A stretch of 63,166 bases of DNA, filler included, from Perkinsus chesapeaki ATCC PRA-425 (lineage: Eukaryota > Protista > Perkinsozoa), in the NCBI GenBank assembly GCA_013115145.1. It is 5 parts of 5 records of this genome, joined end to end, with 100 filler letters (N's around TTAATTAATTAA, not from the genome) between each part and the next. Parts side by side here need not be neighbours in the genome. Positions count along the whole stretch, not along the records: positions 1 to 28,729 come from JAAPAO010000465.1; 4 more parts are not named here. One strand, given 5' to 3'. Both the position numbers and the translations under genes were made by a program. This document shows, in pieces, positions 1-13,697 of this stretch; positions within the stretch are counted from its first letter, which is position 1; each line of letters starts with the position of its first letter. The notes under the pieces are model-generated. The model did not search any database. It saw nothing but the letters and a program-made list of their open reading frames with translations, and was not told the origin of the DNA.

Positions 1-93
1 TTACTAGCCTAGCCTGGGGCGGGCGCGACGGACCCTCTCAGACACAATGGGAGACACTATCATAACAGCGCACCAGGTGATGCCTCATCATGA

Positions 94-352
94 GGGGCTC
101 TTTCACAACAAACGTGAGCTTGGATTTTTCGAAGCGGGTGCAAAGTTTAGCGACTCGAAGTGAGCAGGGAGATACACTTCAACACGTAAGATCGGGGCAG
201 GGTGGTTCACCGGTATGTTAAGTAAGTGTTAAGTACTAACTTAATCGTATTTACTAAGATATCACCCGAGAAGGGTTTAAGGCGGGTGCCCCTCTAACCT
301 GGTAATAGGAACGATTTTAAGCTCTAAAGGGAGTTGCTTGTGAAAGAGCCCC
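94..352. mobile_element. Candidate MITE with 15-bp terminal inverted repeats
   Basis: GGGGCTCTTTCACAA (94-108) and its exact reverse complement TTGTGAAAGAGCCCC (338-352) bracket a non-coding 259-bp segment; no target-site duplication seen. Confidence 0.4.
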
Positions 353-795
353 GATAACTCCGCTGCCAACTCGAACAGTGATCATCCCCATCATCAGTGA
401 CCTTATACAGTGATCATCAAGAGCAGTAATCCTTCGGTCAGGTAGCCATGTTATCGAACTGGTGTTGGGATTAGGGAGATAGCATTTGGGCTATACATTC
501 TGGACTCTGCCTGTCTTTGCTCTAACTAACAACTGCTCAAGGCCTCTTCTCGCTTGAGTTGGTAATCGCCTATATGGCCTACGAAAGTGCCTCAAGGGAA
601 CAGTTCCCAGCATATGTCGATAAATCCTCCAAACTCAACACTAACGAAAAATGCTAATGGGTGTTACCTTTATAACATGCATACATAACATTCATATCAG
701 TAACAATGTCCCTAGTAGAGAGTCAGTGCTCTTGTGCAATCCTTTTCTTACAAGCTGCTGCTGGATTGCCTGAACAGCTATCCCCTTTTACTACC

Positions 796-2696
<1,901 letters not shown>

Positions 2697-2804
2697 ATTT
2701 AACATCTGTATAACACCATCATCTGGGATTTATCAATATGAATGCTTCTAGACTATGCCTATTGAGTTTGCCAGTACGGGGGAGCTGACTACTTGAGAGC
2801 AGCA

Positions 2805-3625
2805 ATGGCGACAGCATTGGACGCAGCTCTGCTGGACCCCCTCCTAACCGGGTCGCCAACAGATGTCGGTCTAGCGGTGACTCCGGATGATATATTCTGC
2901 CAGAACGTACTTGCCCATGCTAACTTGAATACCACGTTTGAGCTGTCGCAAGTAGGCTAGTGCTTGGCTTGATTGGGCTGGCGATGGTTGTGGTGGTCAG
3001 ATAGTAAAGGGCTTCCGTAATGCTGAATATGACCCTTCCAAGTTCCCATGTGTTCGGATACGATACTGGCGGCCACAATGTAAGCTATCATAGTGATATG
3101 AAGTGGTGATGGTGTCAGCAGGCACAATAGCAGTCTTTCGCAGTGGTAAGATCCAGGCTACTGGTGCGAGCAGCCCGGAAGATGCTCGCTTGGCAATGCA
3201 TCGGACGGCAGCCAGACTGAAGGCAAGAATGAGGTAAGGTGCTTGTGAGGCGTGTGTCCCTTCATACCCTCTTCAGCTGCGAACGTGTGAAGTTCTCGGA
3301 CTTTACTTGTGATAATATCCTTGCCACATATGACTTGGGTTCGACCATGAACTTGCTTGGTCTGTCAAGAGCTCCTGTATTCGCCAATGTTGTGGCCTAC
3401 GAGCCCAGTCGATATCCAGCTGTAAGCTCTCCTTCGTCGACGCTCTCTACTGTATGCCTTTTCTTCCAGGTTGTCCTTCGTGACCCAGCAAGAGGAGTCA
3501 CGGTTGATGTGTTCTCCACTGGTCGAGTGAGCATGAAGGGTAAAGGAAGTATCGAGAATCTTTGCAGTGCGCTGAACGAGATGCTCCCCCACATCCTCGA
3601 GTACCGCTGCGAATCATTGATGTAG
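2805..3625 (+). CDS. TBP: TATA-binding protein family member (divergent TBP / TBP-like factor)
   Basis: Spliced reading gives both TBP repeats: QNVLAHANL...NAEYDPSKFP...IAVFRSGKIQATGA and DNILATYDLG...AYEPSRYP...VDVFSTGRVSMKG. Confidence 0.85.
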
Positions 3626-3714
3626 TCTTAAGTCGAGTTAACTCTGTATACCCGTTTTGTGTTCCTGTCTCTGCTGGGTGTGATGACATTGTCAGTTTTG
3701 TTACTGCCGCTGAT

Positions 3715-5246
3715 ATGGCTGCTTCTGGAGCCGTGTTACGTTCCACTATGAAGAGGCTCTTGAGGCCTTTCTATTTAACAGTGCATCCTGATATCACGTC
3801 AACTAACATGCCTCGTACGGTATAGGCGACAGGCCGCTCAGCAGGGATTTGTGTGTTAGGTGAAGCTGCAACAGTGAACGCCAAAGCTCTTCAGGAGGTC
3901 AATGCCTACGTTGAGGCTCTGGCCGCCGTAGTGTGACAGTTTTCATACCATACTTCTCTCAAATCGTATGTTGTAGACCCAATCTTACCCTGTGGTAGCA
4001 AGGACTGTTACGTTCTTCAAGCCCCGTGTGAAGGGTGGTGGGCTTGCTCGGTCGTCTACTGGTAGCAGTGGAGGACTGCGGCCTGTTGTGCAGTGCAACT
4101 TCGAGCTCAGCTCGGTAGCTTCGGTCAGCGTTCCTCTATGGTGCCTCCCCCGTTTCAGATACCGCCAGACGCCGATTTCCCCACACGAGAGGGTTTGGCA
4201 GCGAGATTGATCCGAGATATTGAGGCAGCCTTGATAGCCGAGGGCCCTTCGATGTTCAGCGCCAAGCCGAGGAAAGGCAGAGAAATCGAAACTCTGATGA
4301 AATCCGGAAGTATCCAGCCGGCAGCTCGGTCGTCCCGGCGCGTTCCTGTAGGTGTGCCGACCTCCAAGGCCGACGACCCGTGGAAGAAGCTTTGGGATGA
4401 TGAGACGCAAGAAAGGATGTTCAAGATGTCACTTTATGATGCGGAAACTGAAGAGGAACGACGGAGTCGCGTTTACAGGGAGGAGCTCTTCAATCGATAC
4501 CTGTATATGACTAACTATGGAAGAATATTGGATTTATGTTGGCAGATATCGGGTGGCAAGGAAAGCTGTGAAAACTAAAGGCGAAAAGAGGAAGATGGAT
4601 CGATTGATGGACGCCGAGAGAGTGGCGATGCAAATGGTCGACGAGAAGCTACGAAAACAAGAAAGCGAACAGCAGAAGATTCAACAGGAAGTCGGCGCGT
4701 CGAGCAATAGTACCGAGGCTGATGATGAGGAGGAGACGCCCACAGAATTCGTACAAGCTTCAGTCTCGGCAGCTGTACGTATCGGTGTTAGGTTCAACGC
4801 AAAGCCAGAGTTATAGAGGGAGGTTATCATCCCGACTTGGTATTTTATTCTCCGAAGTTGACAGATCCCGTGAAGCGTCAGGAGGGGATTTCACGGATAT
4901 GTGGTAGGCGGCCGCTCTAGTGAAGAGGTGCTGACCTTAGATGACAGGTTTAGAGCTAGAAAATGATGGGGATATGTGGCTACTTGAGAACATATGGCGA
5001 GCAGTCAGAGCACCACCAACTCCACTACCAGTGGTGATTGGAACCAAATTCGAGGCGGTGCACGATAAAGGATACTTCGAGGTAAGAGCTGCGCATCAAG
5101 CTAAGATACGCCCCACACATATCTTACCGCGAGTTCAGATTCCCTACAACTTTGAATTGAAAGAGCTAGTGGATTTCTTAGAGGAGCATATGGATGCACT
5201 CAAAGGGTCTCGCGCTAAACTTATAGAAGACCTTTATATTGTATGA
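3715..5246 (+). CDS. TCAIM-like (DUF4460/DUF4461) mitochondrial protein, multi-exon
   Basis: N-terminal LRPFYLTVHPD...VNAKALQEVNAY matches the DUF4460 J-like motif; downstream exons are charged and helical. Confidence 0.65.
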
Positions 5247-5681
5247 TAGACTTCAAACGTTTCATAAGCATGTTTCACGATAACGAATGATTTGGGTTTA
5301 TACATCGCTTAGAAGACCAGACCAGAACAAGTAACGAGTGACTCGATCATGGACAGCAGCAGCCTGGAGGACTTATATGCCCGCGTTTGGTGTCGAGGCG
5401 TTAACTCGTCGATGCGGCGATACTTTTGGGCTACAAGGATACCTTTGTCAAAGTTGGCCGTACAATTCGACATGGTCTTCTACAAAGTTTTCATGTCGAC
5501 ATAATCTCTATACTTCCCAAACGTCCGAACTATTGTTGTGGAAAAAAAACTAACCAACACAAACCTCATAATTGATACAGATACGTTGAGTACACACATA
5601 GCTAAAAATAAGTAATACTTCACCGAATATATAGATAGGAAACGACTAACTGAAACCTCATACGCGCGGTGAGAAATAATA

Positions 5682-6932
5682 TTAAAACTGAGACATCTTA
5701 GCTTCAAGATTGCGCGCCAGAACATCCATGAAAGCTTCGGAGGTGAGATACTGAGTCTCCTTGATCTCTGATGGTGGGCAGTTATACACACACAACGCCA
5801 AGTCTTTAGTCATGGCGCCATTCTCGATGGATTCTACACAGACTTCCTCTAGCGCGGTGGCGAACTTTGCTAGCCTTTCATTGTTATCAAGCTTAGCACG
5901 ATGGGAAAGTCCTCGGGTCCAGGCAAAGATAGAAGCCACTGGATTAGTAGAGGTCTTCAAACCCTTCTGATGTTGACGATAATGACGAGTAACAGTACCA
6001 TGAGCAGCCTCAGCCTCGATAGTTTTACCATCAGGGCAAACCAAGACGGAAGTCATCATTCCCAATGAGCCATATCCTTGAGCAACAATATCAGATTGTA
6101 CATCACCATCATAGTTCTTACAAGCCCACACAAAACCACCAGATGATTTAATTGCCTGAGCAACCATATCATCAATTAATCTATGCTCATACCAGATACC
6201 AAGCTCTTCAAACTTTGACTTATACTCTGTATCATACATCTCCTGGAAAATATCCTTAAAGCGTCCATCATACTTTTTAAGGATTGTATTCTTAGTAGAG
6301 AGATAAAGTGGCATCTTCATATCCAATGCATAAATGAAACAGGAACGAGCAAAACCATAGATAGACTTGTCCGTATTGTACATGCCTTGAATCACTCCAC
6401 CGTCTTTATCAAAGTGGAAAACCTCAACGTTGACGGGCTCGCTACCATCATCGGGCGTGAATGTCATAGTGAACTTACCAGCGCCCTTAACAACATGATC
6501 TTGGGCTTTGTACTGGTCACCATGACCGTGACGTCCAATGATAATAGGCTGGCTCCAACCGGGCACCAATCTAGGTACGTTCTTACAGAGGATGGGGGCA
6601 CGGAAAATAGTACCATCAAGAATGTTCCTGATGGTACCATTAGGTGATCTCCACATCTTCTTTAAGTTGAATTCCTTTACACGAGCCTCATCAGGAGTAA
6701 TGGTAGCACATTTAATACCAACATTATACTTCTTAATAGCATTAGCAGCATCAATAGTAACTTGATCATCAGTAGCATCACGGTGTTCAATAGATAAATC
6801 ATAATATTTAATATCAATATCAATATAAGGTAGGATTAACTTCTCCTTGATCCAAGCCCATATAATTCTGGTCATCTCATCACCGTCTAATTCAACAACG
6901 GGATTCTCAACTTGAATCTTCGGAAAGGACAT
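5682..6932 (-). CDS. IDH: NADP-dependent isocitrate dehydrogenase, copy 1 (intronless)
   Basis: 416-aa ORF with [42 protein letters not shown] and [12 protein letters not shown]. Confidence 0.98.
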   Translation of the reverse strand: MSFPKIQVENPVVELDGDEMTRIIWAWIKEKLILPYIDIDIKYYDLSIEHRDATDDQVTIDAANAIKKYNVGIKCATITPDEARVKEFNLKKMWRSPNGTIRNILDGTIFRAPILCKNVPRLVPGWSQPIIIGRHGHGDQYKAQDHVVKGAGKFTMTFTPDDGSEPVNVEVFHFDKDGGVIQGMYNTDKSIYGFARSCFIYALDMKMPLYLSTKNTILKKYDGRFKDIFQEMYDTEYKSKFEELGIWYEHRLIDDMVAQAIKSSGGFVWACKNYDGDVQSDIVAQGYGSLGMMTSVLVCPDGKTIEAEAAHGTVTRHYRQHQKGLKTSTNPVASIFAWTRGLSHRAKLDNNERLAKFATALEEVCVESIENGAMTKDLALCVYNCPPSEIKETQYLTSEAFMDVLARNLEAKMSQF

Positions 6933-7107
6933 TGGGGAAGTGTTAAATGAACTAAAGAGATTGTACTTTCTAAAATGGTTCGGCCGTCCCTATTTGACGC
7001 TGCATCATCAAAATACTAGCCTTAAATTGAAGCACCCATCACCAGCAGCTGCTAGTCTTCCAACGCTACCAAAGTCTTCGGGTGCTTCAAAAATACCCTT
7101 TTTTCGA

Positions 7108-7183
7108 AAATCTTATTGTTATCCATTGTCACCTATACCAATCCTTAGTGGATCGGTCTACCAGGCTTAATGGATCCTGCGAT
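7108..7183 (-). promoter_or_regulatory. Conserved 76-nt non-coding element, copy A (upstream of IDH copy 1)
   Basis: Ungapped 67/76 match to 59405-59480 on another contig; function unknown. Confidence 0.55.
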
Positions 7184-7838
7184 CAAAAACACCCAACAAC
7201 TACTGCGAGTCGCGGGAAGCTTTCCAACTGTGGGAACTCGGCACCGTACTACTTAAGTACCGACCGTTTTTTCGTTACATTCGTATGCGTTTCTTATATA
7301 TGGCCGAGCGTTTCATGAACGCCTCTACTTCGACATCGTAAACAATTTAGTACGCTTATTCTTAAATATGTTGGTTATGACTGTTTCAAGCATGGGTTGC
7401 ACTTCATATCTTAAACGAAACTAACCCTTTTGTTTAGGAGGCATTGACTACTTCTTAACGTAACAATCTAATGATACACCTCAAAAGTTTGACCAACCAC
7501 ATCAACCGTGTTGGCGGTAAAAATAAACAGAACTCGACGCAAAGATGATGCAACACTGTTACAGTCGGTTATCACGAGACTTGGATGCATTTGCGACAAG
7601 GACTCGCTTCTTTCGACTGATAATAATATACCGCGAACTACCGTACCCTCGATGCTCATATCTTTTGGCATCAAGCTCGACCATCGCGGATACTACAAGG
7701 CTATAGTTACAACAACACAAACTAGCTTATCTGAAACGGGCCACGGATGCCGATAGAAAAAAACAATAGTAGCAGAAAACTGGTCCACTCACTGCACGTT
7801 CCGGTATCATTAACTTCAATATTGAATCAAACTGATCA

Positions 7839-9086
7839 TTAGAATGTGGCCATCTTGCGCTCAAGATTTCTGGCAAGCACGTCCATGAAATCTTCAGAAG
7901 TTAGATACTGTTCTTCCTTGATTTCACTTGGACTGCAGCCGTACACACACAGAGCCAAGTCCTTGGTCATGGCACCACTTTCGACAGTCTCAACACAGAC
8001 TTCCTCCAAAGCCTGGCTGAAGCGAGCTAGCAGCTCATTGTTATCCAGCTTAGCACGATGGGAAAGTCCTCGAGTCCAGGCAAAGATAGAAGCCACTGGA
8101 TTAGTAGAGGTCTTCAAACCCTTCTGATGTTGACGATAATGACGAGTAACAGTACCATGGGCAGCCTCAGCCTCGATAGTTTTACCATCAGGGCAAACCA
8201 AGACGGAAGTCATCATTCCCAATGAGCCATATCCTTGAGCAACAATATCAGATTGTACATCACCATCATAGTTCTTACAAGCCCACACAAAACCACCAGA
8301 TGATTTAATTGCCTGAGCAACCATATCATCAATTAATCTATGCTCATACCAGATACCAAGCTCTTCAAACTTTGACTTATATTCCTTATCATACATCTCC
8401 TGGAAAATATCCTTAAAGCGTCCATCATACTTTTTAAGGATTGTATTCTTAGTAGAGAGATAAAGTGGCATCTTCATATCCAATGCATAAATGAAACAGG
8501 AACGAGCAAAACCATAGATAGACTTGTCCGTATTGTACATGCCCATAACAACACCACCACCATCCTTGAATTCAAACACCTGCTGCGTGATAGGTTCAGT
8601 GGCTCCTGCTGGAGTGTAGCTAATAGTGAATGTACCAGGGCCAGCAACAGCATCGGTGGCCTTATACTGATCACCATGACCGTGACGTCCAATGATGATC
8701 TGCTCAGTCCAACCGGGCACCAATCTGGGTACGTTCTTACAGAGGATGGGGGCACGGAAAATAGTACCATCAAGAATGTTCCTGATGGTACCATTAGGTG
8801 ATCTCCACATCTTCTTCAAGTTGAATTCCTTTACACGAGCCTCATCAGGAGTAATGGTAGCACATTTAATACCAACATTATACTTCTTAATAGCATTAGC
8901 AGCATCAATAGTAACTTGATCATCAGTAGCATCACGGTGTTCAATAGATAAATCATAATATTTAATATCAATATCAATATAAGGTAGGATTAACTTCTCC
9001 TTAATCCAAGCCCATAGAATTCTGGTCATCTCATCACCGTCTAATTCAACAACGGGATTCTCAACGTGAATCTTGGTGGCGGCCAT
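7839..9086 (-). CDS. IDH: NADP-dependent isocitrate dehydrogenase, copy 2 (intronless tandem paralogue)
   Basis: 415-aa ORF with the same motifs; long tracts are near-identical to copy 1 at the nucleotide level. Confidence 0.98.
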   Translation of the reverse strand: MAATKIHVENPVVELDGDEMTRILWAWIKEKLILPYIDIDIKYYDLSIEHRDATDDQVTIDAANAIKKYNVGIKCATITPDEARVKEFNLKKMWRSPNGTIRNILDGTIFRAPILCKNVPRLVPGWTEQIIIGRHGHGDQYKATDAVAGPGTFTISYTPAGATEPITQQVFEFKDGGGVVMGMYNTDKSIYGFARSCFIYALDMKMPLYLSTKNTILKKYDGRFKDIFQEMYDKEYKSKFEELGIWYEHRLIDDMVAQAIKSSGGFVWACKNYDGDVQSDIVAQGYGSLGMMTSVLVCPDGKTIEAEAAHGTVTRHYRQHQKGLKTSTNPVASIFAWTRGLSHRAKLDNNELLARFSQALEEVCVETVESGAMTKDLALCVYGCSPSEIKEEQYLTSEDFMDVLARNLERKMATF

Positions 9087-9325
9087 GGGTGAAAAAGTTC
9101 GGAAAATCCTATCAAAAACGACTAATTCTCCAATTCATATAAGGTGATCCACTCTCTCATTGCCACCAGAGACTTCCAAGGGTAGCCGAAAACAACACAA
9201 AGTAGCACTAGTAGACTAGCGAAGCAACTAGCGCACTGGTATAGAGACGGATGAACACAACCCTGACCCATCGGCGCGAATAAATATAGCGCGCGCCCAA
9301 GTGATCGATTATTTTGCCATCTAAA

Positions 9326-10198
9326 ATGGATCTTCTCGGAGGTGGGCAAGAGCAAGCGCAGTTGACGTCGACTCAGCGGGAGATGATGGCGACTGTCAAG
9401 TCGACCATGGCTAAGGCTCATGATACTGATGAAGTCTCAGGTTAGAAATTTATAATGGTTTTATTAGCCACAACAGGAGGGATAATATGCCGTGATAAAG
9501 TGGTGTTCAGCTCGAACAGCGGAGATAGTACAAAGTCAGGGGGAACAGATAGATCGGATTAATGAGAATAGTCAACAGGTATCAGTGGAAAGCAGCGGGT
9601 TGTCGAAATTGTTAATGGCAGATAGAATCTAACCTTGACACTTCATCCTGGTTGTTGAAAGGCCTGTCATCTTGGGGTGGTCGAATGCGTAATGCTTGGA
9701 CTGGTCAACCTAAGAAGGATCTTCCCAAGCCTCCTAACAGCACTAGCACCTCAAGCAGTAGTGAACGTACACCAAGTCGGGATGTAGCAAGCTCCAAGGT
9801 ATCCAAGGAGCCTTTTATTAGTCAGTCATACCGTATCTTCAGCCAACGGCCTCGAAAACTAGTGTACCCCCCTCCCATAGCGATGCGAATCAAGGCACAG
9901 CTTCTGGAGCTCAGCAGCAGCAACAGCAGCAGCAGAAGTCGCAGTTTGACTCTGACTTGGACAAGCATCTGGACGGTCTCAGTAATATACTCGGCGGCAT
10001 TCATGCCAGGTAGTACCGGGGCTCGAGGCAGGCTGCTGCTGCTGGAGGAGGAGGAAGAACATATCTTTCAGAACCGTCGAAATGAATAGGGAGATCAATC
10101 GTCAGAATCAAACCCTAGATGAAGTCCATACCAGGACGGACAGGTCTGCCCAGCGTATAGAGGAGCAACGGGCACAGATGAGAGATATGCTTCGATAA
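9326..10198 (+). CDS. SNAP-25/SNAP-29-like Qbc SNARE, multi-exon
   Basis: Spliced reading gives two SNARE helices: TAEIVQSQGEQIDRINENSQQIESNLDTSSWLLKGL and DLDKHLDGLSNILGGIH...EINRQNQTLDEVHTRTDRSAQRIEEQ, separated by a S/Q-rich linker. Confidence 0.75.
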
Positions 10199-10793
10199 AT
10201 ACCCTCTCTGTATATATCCACCGCAATAGTTCCTTACAAGCCTCAATTGTGTTGCGCAGTGTCCCTTCTAAGCACGTCATGTTAGTTTTTGTTATAGATG
10301 TCACCTCCAAAGCCTTGGCAGGTGCCGTCATCTTCAGGATCTACCGTGGCCACTATTACCCCGGAGGTTGCGCAGGAGATCCCCGAGGCTCATGACGTAG
10401 ACACTGCCGCGCATGCAGCGGTGCCAGCAGTGGGATGTAATAATACTTGCTATAAGAGAGTTATAGGATCTCTTGAGCAATTTTGGGCTCTCAGTGAGCT
10501 TGAGTGAGTTTATCAAAATGAGACCAAGTACGGGTGCCATCCAAAGGCTTTAGGAAAAGCAGTTCCCCGCTTGAAATCCACTGTGAACTGAATAGGATAG
10601 CGCCGGGAGATAGGATGGTCCAGAATTATCCATTAATTGGATCCCAACTACATCCATAGATTCTTTAAATGCATTATCCACTATTAGTAATCCTAGAAGG
10701 GATTCTACTGTCCATCCAAACCGAGGGACTAGAACTGTTGAGAATGCTCTAAAGCAAAACGGCCGCTTTCACGAGGTTCTGCAACTCCCCTCT

Positions 10794-11787
10794 ATGTTGC
10801 TGATCGACCTTTGTGGTTTACTCCTATACGCCCTGCAACAACCAGTAGCAGGGTCTGTGGCCTCTCCGCTGTTAACAGAATCACAAATTTTTCAGTCCTT
10901 GTTTTCGGGATCACTCCATGGTTTGTCCAAGGCCGGTGCTGATGTGTTCTGACATCCTGCTGTTCCATTTCAGCCTCCTCTACCGTTCCTTCTTCCAATC
11001 TCTATCCTAGCGCTTATGGCATGTACGGCGGTGGAGGCACTGGATTGTAATACCACCACGTGAATGACGATATTATACCTCGTCAGATACGGTGGCACTG
11101 GTGGACTCTACGGTTCATCAATGTATGGCGGCTACGGAGGTTAGTGTTGCTGTGCGCCCTTCTGGCTAGCTCTCTTGCAGGTGGTCTTTATAGTGGTGGT
11201 GGCTACTACCCTGGTGGCCTCCAAGGCATGCCTGGCCAACAGGACTTGTGGTTCACTCAAACGGCAGAGTCCTTGGGGCGGTTTAATCAGATGCTCGAGA
11301 TGCATACCATGTTCTTGGATCAAATTTATCACCATTGTGGAATGATATACGCCCGCGCCACTGATCTAGTGTCATGGCTTAAGGGGGTAGCAGCGACGCC
11401 TAGGCGATTTCCCAAGCTCAAGAGCATGGTGCTAGGTACTCAATTACGTTAGATCTGGGAAGCTTGAAGAGAAGAATATAGAGCTTGTGTTGGACAGGCT
11501 TGGTCAGCTGCATCGGACGCCTCAGGAGGAACTAGCCGTACGCTCAACCCTTTTTCTCCGACAATCGACTCTACCCGACTTAGGGTATCCGGCGACGAGT
11601 GCGAGTGCTGATGGGCTTTGCGGCGCTGGTCGGCCTTTGGATCGTATGGAAGCGTCATCGCCGTCAAGGTAGAGTGCCTCAGTTTTGCCTCTGTCTAGTA
11701 CGTCCATCGCAGGCAGTACTGCTGGAGTTGGGCTCCAAGCCGCTTGGGACTCCGTTCACCGTCGTAGCTGATACGTCTTCCCTGTGA
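10794..11787 (+). CDS. PEX13: PEX13-like peroxisomal membrane protein (boundaries approximate)
   Basis: YG-rich region (YGMYGGGG...YGGYGGGLYSGGGYYPGG) followed by TAESLGRFNQMLEMHTMFL, resembling the Pex13 'GFAQMLES' helix, then a hydrophobic segment. Confidence 0.55.
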
Positions 11788-12959
11788 ACATTACCCTTCA
11801 CGTTACATTTATTCCAACATTGCTCCCTTATTTTATCATGCCCTCTTTGCAAGTGTGAGTTAAGTCGTTCAATCGGGTGTGTTAGTTCTAGAGAATGCTA
11901 CTAGCTCAGCAGGGCCTCCGAGCGAGCTTCGTCCAGCCAATCAGCCGGCTGCTGGCCCCACTGGCGTGTATGTCGCCAGGTTACGACTCTCTAGGAGGCT
12001 CCTCTGTAGCGGGGGTGTGGCTCTTCGTGGATGTCTAAGTGTGGTGCTGTCAGGGCCGGCGGTACAAGTTTTATATACCCCGACGGAACTGGTGGCCATG
12101 GAAGCAGAAGATAGCTCATAAAAATCAAGCCATTACACGCCGGAAGAAACACATTTGGCCACGCTATAGCGATCCGGACGAGCAGAGGGCCGGCGACGTA
12201 TCTTAGCTCGGAGCGCGGTTCATCTGTGTGGAGCTTCCGTGTAGATACGATCGGATCCTGGGCCGTCGGTTCGGTTCAAAGTGCATGACATGAATTTATC
12301 TCTAAAACGTCTGTGGGTCTATGGTCGACTTTTGAGGGTAAAAATGGGGCAGGGGGTACGCGGGGGGAGCCAGTGGTGGACAGGGGCAGTTGGGAATGGA
12401 GGCACCATACCTCAAGGGCTGACCGAGAGCTATAGGTTAAAGGTTCGTGTAGTGTTGAGCCCCATGAGTAATGTGGTCTCCAGTGGATGGAAAAAGAGGT
12501 TTACCGGCGATAATGAATCCCTTACGAATGCTGAAAAATAATAGTAGATTGATAGGGAATATATCTTTGACAAGCAACGGAAAAGCAACGGAAAATGTGA
12601 AATGTGTTGGTCGGGGGAACATGAGATGGTCTAGTCAACCTGGCCCTCCTCCTAGACTCAAGCAAATACAAGTGGTCAGTCGGTAGATTAAGTCGGGAAA
12701 ATAGCAATACACTCATTTGCTTGATTGACTCCCATCGTTTTAACATAGCTCACTTCTTCGGTAGCTTCCGTTGCAGTAGTGTACACTTTATTGTTCAGAA
12801 GAAGCAGCTTCAAGATGCCATCGACTGGATGGAATCGCTCTGTCGTCCAAGTGCCAAGCCAGTCCGGGATTTGGTAACCATTTAAGCCTGGTCTTATCTA
12901 CCCCTCTCAACTGTGTCAGTTGTATCGGGCACGCACGCGAATGGTGGATCATCACGGTT

Positions 12960-13603
12960 ATGATCCAGCAAGGCTCTATATAGGTGGGCGGCGGTGACCG
13001 CTGGCCCTGGCAGAGGCTGCTTCTGGTCAGCTCGCATCTGGACAGAGCGTGGCCCGAGGGTTATGAGTATCCATCAACAGCGAGCTGGGTACTATTTTAG
13101 GAAGAAGAAGCTGCAGAATATGATGCAAGTGGTGGTGCGGGAGGTAGGCTACTATTTGTCCCCGGGCCTGGGCACGCACGGGCCGGCTGGGCTTAGATGC
13201 CGATGAACGAGTACTTCCATAAAGTATATATAATGAAGGAAGTGCCAAGGTCTGTTACACTGGACATGAGGATGGCATTAAGAGATGGGAGAGCTCCGAA
13301 GTCCTATGAGAGGGAATGGGCACCGTAAAACAGCGGGCAGGAATCCTGAGGGTGCGACGGCAAATGACAGGTACATCACAGCAGAGTCGAGGATATGGCA
13401 CCGACGAGGGATGCAATATGAAGATCAGATGAGACGCTTCGATTACTATCAAGTTAGGAGGTAACAAAGCCTTCAATCCGCAGTGTCGATATGGCTATGG
13501 TAGGGAGTGGATAGATAAGTACGCCAGTAGCTTCCATAGAGACGAACAGGAAGCTCGGGAGGCTCGAGGACTGCCGCCGCTGGCTCCCACTGAGCTGTAT
13601 TGA
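12960..13603 (+). CDS. Hypothetical multi-exon protein
   Basis: Coherent exon chain (MPMNEYFHKVYIMKE...SRIWHRRGMQYEDQMRRFDYYQ...WIDKYASSFHRDEQEAREARGLPPLAPTELY*) with short GT-AG introns; no family recognised; start uncertain. Confidence 0.4.
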
Positions 13604-13697
13604 AACCCATGTGACACGTTGTTTCTGGAAAGGTCTATGTTGTGTGGTCGAGTGGAGGCGGATGTGGGATAGTATGAGTTTTTGATCTGAGGTGACA

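Noticed and set aside
5761-8919. Duplicated short ORFs antisense to the IDH genes
   Set aside because: By-products of the IDH duplication and its codon usage.
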